Source: the human T2T-CHM13v2.0 reference genome, Homo sapiens
Length of the DNA: 64,000 nucleotides
Reading direction: 5' to 3' (one strand)
Assembly (NCBI RefSeq): GCF_009914755.1
Contig: NC_060932.1
Positions within the stretch are counted from its first letter, which is position 1. The number at the start of each line of letters is the position of its first letter. The translations under genes and the position numbers were made by a program. The notes beneath the pieces are model-generated. The model saw nothing but the letters and a program-made list of their open reading frames with translations, was not told the DNA's origin and ran no database searches. Below are positions 1-13,790 of the stretch, in pieces.

Positions 1-1762
1 TTCTCCCACCTTACCTTTTTTTTGAGTGTGTGCCGGGACAGCGGGGTAGTAGCCATCCTGATGGGTGTGAGGATTGTACTCTTGCAGAGGGCCAGACATG
101 TCAACCGATGCAAGCTGTGGGGTATCTGGGGCTGGGTAAAAGTCAAGTCAGGGCACCACAGGGCGGCTGTGGGGAGGTTGGATCTTACTGATGATGATGG
201 CATCAGGAAAGGGGTTAGTGTAGAGGCCGCCCTCGGGCTGAGAGACTTGAAAGGTGTTTGTCAAGCCGCTTGTAACGTGCCATTGATCTACTGTGAGACC
301 TTGGGCAAGTTCATTCATCTGTTTGAGCCACTGTTTCTCCATTTCTGACAGGATGGGCTGGGCCAAGCAGCAGCATGAGGGAAGTATGGAATTGTGAAAC
401 AATCTGGCCAGTTTATCTCCTTTCGCCCCAGGTACTATGATTTCAACCTTTGCCTCAGGTGGTTTCCAGTGTAAATCCCTCAGAGCCGTGCCTCCAGGCC
501 CCTTGCAAGGAGCCTTTTTCATGGCCAACTGGAAACAAGCCAACATGCACCCGGTGCCCTGCTCCCAGCAGCTGCCATCTGTGTGCGTTGGCTGGTGGCT
601 CACATGACCTCAGCTGCAGCTGTGGGAGGCTTTGGGATCTTGGCTGTCCAGCTGACTGCCTGCTGGGGGCAGGGGCATTTATTCTGCGTGACAGAAGGTA
701 ACATCTGTGGCTGGAGAGATAAGGAGAATTTCCGTCTGAGTCACTGGAGGAAACAGGAAAAAGAAAAACCTCCGACTGAGGAAAGAATCCTCAGGTTGCA
801 GCAAGAGAAGCTGGTGTGCCATTCTTCCGGCCTAAACCTGGTCAGAAGCAGGCTTAGGCTCTCAGAGTATTGCCTGGGCCCGGACTTTGTGCAGGGCCCC
901 AGCAGCCCATCGTGAGGGGGAACTAAGATGTGTGTGCCAGGGACTCAGAGACCATTAGCGAGCGAAGGCAGCGCCTCCTGCTGGTGATAAATGAAATACA
1001 GCAGAGCCGTGGGCTCCCGTAGGCACCGCCAACCTGGAAATCCTCCACGTCCCTTTGCCAAGAGAAACTGACATGTTTCTGGACTCTTAAGGTTCACATT
1101 TTGGTCTGTGGGTAGCTTATAATTGATGTGTATAATTATTGTGGTGTGGTTTATAAATCGATGGCACACCTTTTTTCTCCTTGATCTCATTGACTGTCAC
1201 AGCAGCCCAATGAGATAGATTTTAAAGTGTAGCTAGTAAGCGGTGGAGCCATGATTTGAACTCAAAGTGTGTAATCCAAAGCCCCACTTTCCTCCCTCCC
1301 ACTAAATCTCATTGCCTGGCCCTGGCTTCGGAGAACTCAATAGCTGAGATTTATACAGCCCCCCCCCAGACCCCCATTCTGTCTTGCCTTCTCTGCTCTC
1401 AGTCTAGCCACATCCTTCCCTGTACTATGGAGGGGCTGTTGCTCACCACATTTCTGCCGAATAAGCTGCTATGCAGCGTGGTGATAATGACAGAGGAAAA
1501 GTTATCTGAGCCAGAGGCCCAAGCAGGTGTTTTGCACCAACTCCTCCAAGGGTTCCAAAGGTGGAGAGAAAATGTCTGAATCAGACAGCAAGATGCTGAT
1601 GGATATTCACAGCTGTGATCCTGGAGGGAAAGGAAACAAACTCCATTTTCTAGGTGATGGGACAGAGGCACAGAGAGGCGAATGAAGCAACTTCGTCAAT
1701 GTCACCTGCAGAATGAGATACAATGCACGGCCATTGGCTTTGATGCCCTTGCTTTTTCCACG

Positions 1763-1846
1763 TATTCTGTTGAACTATATGAAATTGCCATCTGAATGGG
1801 TCAAAAACAGTTGACTCTAAGCAACTTCATATAGTTCAACTCAATG
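1763..1846. mobile_element. MADE2-like mariner MITE
   Basis: ~80-bp palindrome; gttgaactatatgaaattgc pairs with gcaacttcatatagttcaac (19/20), typical mariner TIR sequence. Confidence 0.75.
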
Positions 1847-2145
1847 TCATGCTGCTTCCCCAGGGCACTGCAAAATTCTGCAGGTACTCCCGAGTTCTCA
1901 GAAAAAGTTATGCATAAGAGTAGCCAATTTATTTTAGGTTATTTTTAAAATCAGTAATTTAAGCATAGTGATGATGTTGGTGATGATGATGATGACAATA
2001 TCAATAATAGCAGCTAACACTTAAGGAACCCTTAACATATGCCTGGCCCTGTGCTAAGCCCATGCGTTATTTTATTTAATCCTCCCAACTGCCCTATAAG
2101 GTAGATTCTATTATCACCTCATTTTTACAGATGAGGAACCTAACT

Positions 2146-2945
<800 letters not shown>

Positions 2946-3469
2946 GAATGTGAAAATAGTGAATTGGAATATTCGGTTAATCAGGGCACACTCTGTCTGT
3001 CTTAACCAGGCTTCCACGAGAGGATGAAGCCCTGGCACTCAGAGGCATCCATCGTATATAATACATTTTCTCTGCTATGCATTTAGAATGCTACTAGTTA
3101 CATACTATTCCTGGGAGAATTGAGAAAAAAACCCACACAAATCATTTTCTGTGGTTTTAATGAGGTGCACTGAACAAGAAAGGCTGCTAGATGGTGCAAG
3201 CAGCCACACTTTCCTCTTCACTTGGTTGCGTACTGTTCACCTCCCTGTTCTCTCATGGTCACTGTCAAAACCAAGAGGATGGTGTAATGTTAATAGAATG
3301 CTTCCCCGGTTGTTCATGTTTGCTCACTTATTTATCTAAGATAAACTTGTGATCTTGATCCAGATGTATCTCAAATTCAATGGGCTATCTAAAATTCAAT
3401 TTCCTAGAAGTGAAATCTCTAAATTTTTGATTGCCCATCTGATTACAATTATTTGTTATTAATAAATTT

Positions 3470-3900
3470 TATTCTTGTATTAAGGTACTGACAGAATGTT
3501 GATTTATCGATATGTAATGGACACTGAAAACAGTGGCTTCAATAGATAGAAATGGACTTCTCTCTCATGGAATAGTTAGGAGGGAGACAGTCTAGGGTCA
3601 AAGTGGCAGCTCTGCTCTATGAGGGAACCCAGGGACCCAGCCTCTGCCTCCCTGTAGCTCTGAAATCCTGACAGTGTTTCACTCATCTGTGAGGCCCAGG
3701 ATGGTTTGCTGAATTATCCACATTCCAAGTAGCAGGATAGAAGAAAATTTTGGCAGGATGCAACATGACACCTGTCTTTCAGGACAGAGCTGGAAGTTAC
3801 AGCATCATATTGACCAACATCCTGTCAGCTAAAAATGATCACACGGCCATATCAGCTATAAGGCACCAGGCTGCAATGGATGCTAGGAAAGGCAATTTTG
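3470..3900 (-). mobile_element. Old MaLR LTR (MLT1-type), approximate bounds
   Basis: MLT1-like motifs (cagtggcttcaa...ttctctctcatg...gcaatggatgctaggaaa). Confidence 0.5.
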
Positions 3901-6649
3901 TAATTTTGGTGGCTGTGTGCCCAGCTGAAAATTGGCAATTCTGTGAAATTGGCATTACCATGAAATGGAAGGAAGAAAGCATAGCAGGAGGCAACATTCA
4001 AAAACAGAGATAAACAATGAGATAAAGTGTACATAAATAGAAGTTTCAATATTTCCTTCCTGCACTGCCATGGACGGTCTTGCCCAGACCCCAGAGTGTG
4101 CCTACCCTTCCTTGGAGACCATTGCCGTCTGGGGTTGTTTGGTCTTTTCCAGACACATTTGAGTGGTCCTTCTGAAAATAACAGAATGCTTTGCTTACAA
4201 ACATCAGCTCCATGTACAGCTACATTATTTGCAGGGCCCAGTCCAAAAGAAAACATGGGACTCTTTGTTTGACAATGATTATGAATTTCAAGATGGTAAG
4301 AGCAGAGCAATAAAGCAAGCATGGGGCTTGTCTATGCATGGAGCCCAGTGCACAAGTGGCACATCTGTGAAACCAGCCCTGCTCACTTCTTATTGGGAGA
4401 TGACAGAAAAGGCGTTAAAGTTCTCACTGACTTCTTATAATGGCTATATAAATTATGGCAGTCAACATTTATAAAAAAATGCAGTGTAAATTAACACTCA
4501 GAATGGGACTAGATATTCAAATTTGGTGACGTGGTGGCAGCAGTCCCCTAGTGCATGCTTTAGGAGTGCTTCTCAGACTTGGGATGCTGGGCATACATTC
4601 CTGGAAGTTCAAGAGAATCTTGTTGTGATGTCATATTGAGTGTTCTTTGCATGACGGCCTTCTGAGGGTAGGTTAGTATTATGTTTAAGAATCCCGGTGG
4701 CTTACTTTCCTCTGGATTCTGGGACAAAGACTATGTCCACGTGGCCTGGAAGTAGGTGGCCCATGCAGTTTCCCCAGGCCAGATTGTCTGGCTCCCGTGC
4801 ACAAGGACCCGAGTGTGCATAGGGGAAAGGTTGGCCTGCGGCCAGCTCTGGGAGTTCGTCACCGGGAAGGCTAGAGCGGGCAGGATGTAAGTTCAGGTTA
4901 TGGTGGGGGAGGCAAACCTTGTCTAACATTAGGCCAAGGTTGTATACAAAGAATACAGGGATCAATCAGAAACTCAGGAGACCTGGAAGACTTTAGGGGG
5001 TAGAATATATAATAAGGCAATGGCACAGAATATAAACTATGAATAGCCACAACTCAGGCCCACAATCTCTTATTCACAATTCCAACATCCATACAGCTCT
5101 GAAAACTGGAAGTTTTCTCTCAGTGTGGCACAAACTCTTTTGCTGTACTACTTGATGTGAAGCTATTTATTGTCTAAGTAATATATATTCTAAGTAATAT
5201 ATCTATTTGCTATAGAAATATTACATTTTACTATGAAATATTATCTTAGACTCTAATGGAAGACTACTTAATTCTCTCTCTCTCTCCTAAAATCAGAAAG
5301 ATTATAAATTTTGTAACATATTGGACTCCAAAGATTTGGGGTAAAAGAGGTGGGCTTGTAATACATATGATTTATTTCACATTTATTATGTGCCAGGCAC
5401 TGTTCTAAGCACTTTACAAGTATCAATTTAGTTAATGCTCATGATACTCTATGAGATAGAGTTGGCCCAACATTGGTGCTAGTAAGAACACTGGAGCCCA
5501 GAGAACTTTTGTAATTTGCCCAGGGTCATAGATAGTCAGCAGGCAGGAAAAAAAAAAAAAAAAAGATGAGTCTCCTGGGAGCCTAGTTTTATGGCCTAGA
5601 AGTGAGTCAGATAGCTCAACAAGAATCAACGACCAATCTCATTTTGGGAAAAAAACTATTCAAACTCGTGATTTGGCTGAAGCGATTCAGCAAGTCAGTA
5701 ACAATAGCAAATGCAATCGCTAGGTAAGGCAAGAGGCTTCATGAAAGAAATTTTCTTTCTACTATCCAGGTTTCTAATGAAGCTGCTCAACAATAGTAGA
5801 ATCTGTGCTGACCCTTTGGGAAAACCGTGGGACATTTGAGTGGCCAGGATACATTGATAGAATTCACAATTTTGTATTTAAATATCCAAGGAGCAGCTCA
5901 GTTTTTGTTAAATTGGAATTTTGGCTTGTCAAATTTTGTAATAATTATCCTGAGTTTTGAAAACCTTTACGTTGGTTTTTTGTAGCAGCACCATTTGTTT
6001 TAGTAGAAATCTTACTTTAATGTTTTTCTTAGAAGTTGTACTTCTAGTTAATAGCTGGGTGGGCAGGCTGGTATTATCTTACTTTATTGACGTTCACATT
6101 ATGTAAGACAGAATGCCAAACCCTGACTAAATAAAAATAGATCACATTTATTGCTTCTTCTCAATGTTCTAAACTTATCTTGGTTAGAGAGCTGAATTGG
6201 TTTAGTTTGACAAGATTTGTTCTTTATGAAGCTTTACTGAATCCCTTCTTGCAACTTTATATATCACAGTGTTTATTGTCTGGCGATTTCTTTTCATGGC
6301 TTTTTTTTCTTTCCAGAAATGGATGCAATGTGCATATCATGAATAATGGATGATTTTGTTTATGTAATTATTATAAATGATTGTAAGAGTTAGGATGTTA
6401 ATTTCTTTATCAGCAGGAATATAAGAAGGTTTCATTGATTTGTAAATTATCTTTGAATGGCATTTGGAAAAAAATCTTCTCATATTTTCCTTACGAAATC
6501 TTAATAAATGCTTAACTTTGCATACAAAAGTAACATAGATGAATATTCTAATATGTTAAACTTTTTTGGAGCAAAAATGATACTTAGATGAACTAATATT
6601 ACTGTAGCCTGATGGCAAATTATTGAAGTTTTTTATTGGTAGAATGGAC

Positions 6650-7127
6650 CTTTGTTTTTCTTTTTGGCTGCTCTGCACCTTTAAATTTCCTTTAAAGGAA
6701 ATTTAAACTTGCTCCTAGCTTCCCTTGCAGCTAGAATGCAGGCATGTGACAGGCTCCACCAACCAGATGGCTTGCATTTGAGATTTTGAATGTAAAGCTA
6801 GTGGCACAAATAAACAGGTAGAGTAGAACCATTCTGCTGTGGGGAAGGGCAAATAGGCTTGTTTTCTTAGGGGAGTAGCAGAGGTTCTGCAGCATCCTCC
6901 AGTTCCCAGTGGGGTGGATGAGTAGTGTCTGTGTCCAGAGGTGGGGTTTCCCCAGGGCTATCTGTGGTGAGGTGAGCACTGCTCCTGGCTTTGTAATCTT
7001 CAAGCCTGGTTCTCTGTGCCTCCTTGAAAATCTGAAAATGGTTTCACAGCCTTTAACACATTCTTTTTCTATTTAATTAAGCCAGAGAGGGTTTCTGTGG
7101 TTTGCAATTAAGAAATCCAATGGATAC
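6650..7127 (+). mobile_element. ERVL LTR, LTR33-like
   Basis: ggcatgtgac...ccaaccagatg core and 3' end aagccagagagggtttctgtggtttgcaattaagaa...gataca. Confidence 0.55.
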
Positions 7128-8349
7128 AACTGGAATCTGAGGATAATAACAAGGAAACAGGATTCTTTCATATATATCTCCTTTCACTGTTGAAAGTTAT
7201 CAGTAGAATAGGGTTATTTGCCAGGTCATTCTTACAGGAGTCATCATTTACTTAAACTGATATGCTGTTGAGAATAGCCTTCTAGAGAAAGTGAGGCACA
7301 CCCAGGCAAGGTGTTTTTAAGGGAAATGGGGGTGACTTAATTACCAGTGAAATAGGTATTATTATGAGCTTGGAACTCACCAGTGTGAATCCGTGAGTTT
7401 GGAATTCACCAATGGCCTTGGGAATGAGGTCTCCTGAGGATTAAAAGATGATCTATGAAGAAGTCCTGACTAGAGGTCCTCTAGAATGTTCCCGGTTCTT
7501 GGCTTGAGAGGTGTATTAAGGGATGGTTGGAACAAAGAATATGGTCTTACTTGAGGCCTGTTATGTGATTCTTTGATTCATTCATTTAACACGTTTTATT
7601 GAGTGGCTACTCTGCCCCATGCACATGCATGAGATGCAGCAGTGAACTGGGCAGGGCTTTCGTTTGGTGCTCTGGAGTTTCAAAGTGTTTTCACATTTAG
7701 GTGGGGAAAGGAGAACAGCCTTTATAACTGTTTGTAGACATTAAAAATTGGAGAGGTTCAATAATTTATCCACAGAGACATAGACAGTAAGTAGTGGAAT
7801 TGAGAATTAACTTCAGCTCTTTTGGTTCCAGAATCCTATTTTCTTTCCAGGACACTAGCACCTCTTAGCTGCCAGAGCTCATGCTTACTGTTTCTTCCCT
7901 TTTCTAGGGAGGAAGTCTGCATCAAGGAAGAATTAACTTGGTCAATACAGAGGCGGGTCTCCTCTTTCTGGGGCCGGTGGTCTTTCTGTTGCCCTCCAAT
8001 TCTACTACTCTCCGCTGACTCTGTCATTTATATCCTGATTGGAGACACGGTATTGAGGGCTGCCCTTGATGGGTAACACACAAGGAAGGGAAGACATCAG
8101 GGTACATCTTTGGCATGAGGGGTCAGTACTACCAAATAAAGTCAAGTGTGAGAACTGGGGAGAGAGGAAGCACATGAAAGCACATGAAAATTTATTTCAT
8201 TGTTTTCCCCTAGGGCTGTAGCATTCTAAGAGACATGTGTTCCCCCCTTAGTGATACCACAGTCTAGTGGGTAAGATAAGTATGTACATGACTGAGTCGT
8301 TCCTAGCCTCAGGTCTGTGGCTCTTGTACATTTTCCTACTAGATGGCAC

Positions 8350-8735
8350 TGTTTTTTTTTTTTTAGAATTGAAATTTTTATTGAGATAATTGTAAATTAT
8401 TGAGAAACGTAGATAACATGCAGTTGTAAAAAACAATACAGACAGGTCCCACGTACCCTTTAACCAGTTTTGCCCAAAGGTAACATAGAAAAATATCACA
8501 GCTAGGATATTGACATTGACAGAATCCACTGATCTTATTCAGATTTCCCCAGTTTGACTTGTACTCATGGATGTGTGTGGATGTGAATGTGTGTATTTAG
8601 TTCTATGTAATTTTATCACATTAGTTTGTGTATCCACCACCACAATCAAGATACAGAATAGCTCCATTGCCACAAGGATCCCACATGTTGTCTATCTCTA
8701 TTTTTTATAACCACAGCTTCCTCCCTCCCTGACAT
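8350..8735 (-). mobile_element. L1M (L1MC-like) 3' fragment
   Basis: ttttattgagataattgta...caaccac/caatcaagatacagaa...ccacaaggatccc pattern of antisense L1M 3' ends. Confidence 0.65.
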
Positions 8736-10442
8736 TTTTTTTTGTCTCATGTGTTCTTGGTGCCTATAAAGATACTTAATATATTTGTGTTATATGAATA
8801 AATGAATTAACAGTGCCATAACATATACACATAAACACATGCGTAGTGGATTTGGAGGGCAGAGGAAGGAGCCATTCCTTTGAGCTGGGCCTTAGAAAGA
8901 GAAGAGGCAGGACTTAATGGTGAGCACTATGGACACTCATGACTTGGATGGGTGAGCACAGTGACTAATCTCCTGTGCTCAGGGAGGGAGTGCCTGGGTT
9001 CAAATTCCATTTCTACCACGTTTTGTATGAGTGGCCCCAGAGAAGTGGCTTAACTTGCTCAGGTTCCTCATCTTTAAAATAGGGATGACACTAGTGCCTG
9101 CTTCAGGGATTGCTGTGGGATGGAATGGGCTGGTGCATGTACAACACTGGGCAGAGTACCTGGCACGTGGTAGGACTTAATAAGCAGATGTTGCTGTTCA
9201 TGGTCTTGGTCTTTGTAGTTTGAGGAGGGCCTCTGATGACTTGGGATGGAGATCACGTCTATACCTCCCTTTGTGAGGAGGCATGGGTTGAGCATCTTCC
9301 TGGAGACTCCCATGGCTGACTCCCACCTCCACCCCACTGGGGTTCTACTCTTCTTGACAGGCCCTTTCTGCTATGGTTTTGAATATGGTGTTTACAGGAT
9401 CCATTAATGACTTTGGAAACATCCTTTGGTGGTAGGCTTTAGAGTTGTCAAGAGACCCCAAAGCCATAAGGGTAAGAACAGCAAACCTACACCCTTTGAA
9501 GCTCTGGAGGCCCTGCCTGCATTTTCCGCAGTATCTCTTATTGTATCTCATGGGGAAAATGATATGTTAATGGGAAGTTGTAAATCTGCCCAATAACCAG
9601 GGCAGGGTCTTGTGTACCAACAGATCCACTAAAACTGCATGGTCGATGGATGAGTTTTACCCCAGCCTGAGCTTCTTCCACGGAGACTGGTAGAAGACTG
9701 GAAGAATCAGCTCTCTTTCTCTTTCACTTCCTCTTTGTGGGATCAAGGAGGGGTGTTTACTAGGAATCTCATCTGGGATTAGTGTGTCTGGACCTCTCTT
9801 GGTTCCATTGAAATTCACTTGCTATGTACACATCTGTTGTGAGAAAAACAAATTGTTTTGGTTTACAAAGACAAAGGGCAGTTAGTAAGTACCGCAGGAT
9901 ATGGGTTAAGAAACCCTCACAACCCTCTGCCAAGTATCCAACCCACTGCAATAGGCCAGTGCAGGAAAGACCTGTTAGTAACTGAACTGCAAAGACAATG
10001 TATTTTTGTTTGTTTTCTCTTTTTCAAGGATGAGATTGAACAGAGCCTGAGCAGTTTTCTTCCATCCCCAATTTCTCTACAAGTGACATCATCAACAATT
10101 CATTATGTGCTATCAAATATTGTTGCCTGTTTCTTTTTGTTGCAAATATTAAAATCTCAACAGTCAAGGCACTTAACACAAAAATATAGGCAGAGAACTC
10201 TTTCCCAATTACAGGGCACATCCTGCTGGGGGTATAAGCCATAATTTTAGGGAGTGCAGTGACATGGAACTAAATATTGAAGTACAAAAACAGTTATTTT
10301 AAAAAATATCTTACAATTCTGCTTTTGCAAAAGAAATCTTATCTGTAACAGCTCTAGCTCTCTAAAACTTGCCAATTCTTTTTTGAATAAGGAGAGAATA
10401 GGCCTTTTACTCAGAACCATCTCAGTCAACAGCTTCTATTAG

Positions 10443-10806
<364 letters not shown>

Positions 10807-11754
10807 TAAAGTTACTTTCTTTTAAGGCATGTGTTACTCATTTTCTGTTTAAAATAGAACATAAGTTTTAATATAAATTCATTTGAAAAATAACTGATGA
10901 GCTAATTTTAAAAATTAAGTTAACAACGGTGAAGGAGGGATTTGGATCTGGTAGTTTCCTGAAGGTGGCATTCAAATTAGCCAAAGCAGGAATGCATTGG
11001 CGTAATGGTGGGGGGAGGACTGGGCAAAAGAAGAACTAGTTTCTAGAATTAGATCCTTCAGCAAGTACAATAGGAACCTGGGCAACTTACAGCTTCTCTG
11101 GGCTTCTTTTCCTTTATCTGTAATTAGGGCGTTGGAGTATTAAACACATTCATTGAGCACCTGCATTTGCAAAATATTGTGCTTATGTGTATGAGGCTAC
11201 TGGTGATGAAAAGAGTATAAATTCTACCCTTCAGGAGTTTACAGACAAAAACAAAATCAGGCCAACCAAACAAGCTATTGCTGTGCTAGTAGAGGAGACA
11301 GACAGGTAAAAGGGTCAACTATCAAAGAACAGGATGTGGCTGGGTTCTGGCCCTGGTTCTGCCACTAATGACCTGATTTTATACCAGCCATTCAACCTCT
11401 GTGAGCCCCAGGTTTTTCTTGATTGAATCAGTGCCTTCCCCTGACCCACACCTGGTGTGTCCGAGGGTTTCTTTTTCTGAGGAAGAGGAGCATCTTTCAG
11501 CAAATGGTGTAGGTCTGGCTGTTCCCACTCCATGGCTGGAGGGCTCTGGACAGCTCTAAAGCTCATCACTAAAGGATGTCCCCAAAGTCATTAATGGATC
11601 CTGTAAATGCAGTGTTCCAAACCAGAGCAGAAAGTAACATGTCCTGTTGCCCAGACCCTCCTCATCCTTCAAAGCCATGGTTATTTGACATGCCCTTGGA
11701 GAAGTCTGCTCCCCACCCACTTCCCCCTATAGTCTGATCTTTCTATCATAGCAT

Positions 11755-11798
11755 ATGTGTGTCTGTGTGTGTGTGTGTGTGTGTGTCTGTGTGTGTGT
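11755..11798. repeat. (TG)n microsatellite with TC interruptions
   Basis: Direct reading. Confidence 0.9.
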
Positions 11799-12189
11799 AG
11801 CCTCACACTAGCCTATAAGCTGCCAGACACAGGGATCAGGTTTTCACTTTCCCCCTAGTGCATAACTCAGTGTCTGGCACGTAGCAAGCAGCACCCAGCT
11901 CTTATGCATATGTGTGCACACACATGTGAGTGCATGTGCACACATGCACAGGTCTGAGTGTGTTGGTGATGAAACAAAATGTGGAAAATAATTGAATAAG
12001 GCAAGATTTTAGAATATCAGTTTCTTATTGAGCAACATGAGGAAAAGTATATGAAACAAAAATGGACAGCTCAATAAACGATCAAAGTGAAGTCATGTAA
12101 CTATCACTCAGATCTAGAACCAAGGCACTGTGGTCATTTCCAGCCTCCCTTTCTCCAAATCCTATCCGGTTTCACCATTTTTCTTGCTT

Positions 12190-13790
12190 TTTTTTCCAGC
12201 TTTTTCTCATGAAGTTTTATTTTAAAAATTTTCTATTTATTTTGAGAATCTGCAGAAGCATTTCAAGATAGAGTAATAAACACCTGTAGGCATTTTACCT
12301 TGATATGGTAGTTAACATTTCACCATCTGTTTTCTGTTTTCTCTATATCCTTGCTTTTTTCTGAACCATTTAGTCATAGACATCATAATGCATAATCACC
12401 AAATAATTCATTATTCATCATTTCCTAAGAACAAGGGGATCCTCTTGGCCACAATACTCCCTCCACTCCACTCAGGAAATTGGTATAATACTATACTATT
12501 GATACTTTTTTTTGAGACCAAGTCTCACTCTGTCACCCAGGCTGCTGGAGTGCAGTGGCGCCACGTCGATCTCAGTTCACTGCAACCTCCGCCTCCAGGG
12601 TTAACTGTTGATACTCTTGATGCAGTACCATTATCTAATATGGCACATGTTCTGATTTCTCCATTTGTTCCAACAGTGTCCTTTATGGGTAAGGGAATTT
12701 ATGTCTTTGGTCCAGGATCCAAACAAGGATCATGTGTTGCATTTAGTCACAATGTTTCTAGTCTCCTTTAATACAGGGCAGTTCTCCCAGTTTTTGCTTT
12801 TGTCTTCATTAATTTGACATTTTTAGAGAGTCAGCATTGACATTTTAGAGATTTTAGCAGACTTTTTTCTCAATTTATATTTGCTTGATTATTCCTTTAT
12901 AAGTAGATTCAGGTTGAATTTTTTTTTTTTTCCTAGAGAAGCACTTGGATGGTATGTTCTCAATGTATGGCTGGAGGAGGCATGTGCTATCAATTGGCTC
13001 ATTATTGTGGATCACTGTGATCATTTGATTAAGTGGTACCACCAGACTGCCCCCAACAGCCTTTCATCTAATGGTTTTAGCCTCTGATGTGGTTTGGCTC
13101 TGTATTGCCACACAAATCTCATCTCGAATTATAATCCCCACGTGTTGGGGGGGAGGGGTCCTGGTGGGAGGTGATTGGATCATGGGGGTGGATTTCCCCT
13201 TGATGTTCTATGATATTGAGTTCTCATGAGATCTGATGGTTTACAAGTGTGTGGCACTTAACCCCTTGCACTCTCTCTTTCCTGCTCCGCCATGGTAAGA
13301 TGTGCTTGCTTCCCCTTCTACCATGATTGTAAGTTTCCTGAGGCCTTCCAGTCATGCTTCCTGTTAAGCCTGTAGAACTGTGAGTCAGTTAAATCTCTTT
13401 TCTTTATAAATTGCGCAGTCTCAGGTAGTTCTTTATAGAAAGGACTAATACAGCCTTCATTGATGATTCTTAGCTAATTAATGATCACTATAAGGATTGT
13501 AAAATGGTGACTTAAGTTTTTTTCTTTTATTTCCTCTATGTAAAAAAATATATTTCTCCTCTCCTTTCCTTTCCAACCCCCTTTCCCTTTTTATTATCAG
13601 TATGAGCTTATGGATTATCTATTTAACATGTTATAATCCACTCTTATTTATTTTGATAATCAAATTGCCTCATATTTTGCCACAGGGAGCCCCTTCTGTT
13701 TGGCTATGTTCTTTTGACATTTCTCCATCAGTTTTTGAGCACTTCCTTAGTTTCTGGAATAATAAGATATTCCACGTTCATTTTAAGAGA
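12190..13790 (-). mobile_element. Old L1M fragment interrupted by a partial Alu (12506-12602) and a THE1 LTR
   Basis: L1MC-like motifs (tttcctaagaacaagg, atcatgtgttgcatttagtca, ttataatccac...caaattg); bounds approximate. Confidence 0.6.
13085..13452 (+). mobile_element. THE1/MST MaLR solo LTR (THE1D-like)
   Basis: Starts tgatgtggtttggctctgt, ends ggactaataca; 5-bp TSD gcctc/gcctt. Confidence 0.88.

Noticed and set aside
500-545. EPFSWPTG resembling C2A ETFRWP
   Set aside because: Only an FxWP match, with no supporting splice sites or downstream similarity.
1460-1510. NKLLCSVVIMTEEK resembling OTOF NKLIGTFRMVLQK
   Set aside because: Weak, and in ferlins this motif is split by an intron.
10029-10082. 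Strong polypyrimidine tract plus AAG followed by DEIEQSLSSFLPSPISLQ
   Set aside because: No convincing donor or homology.
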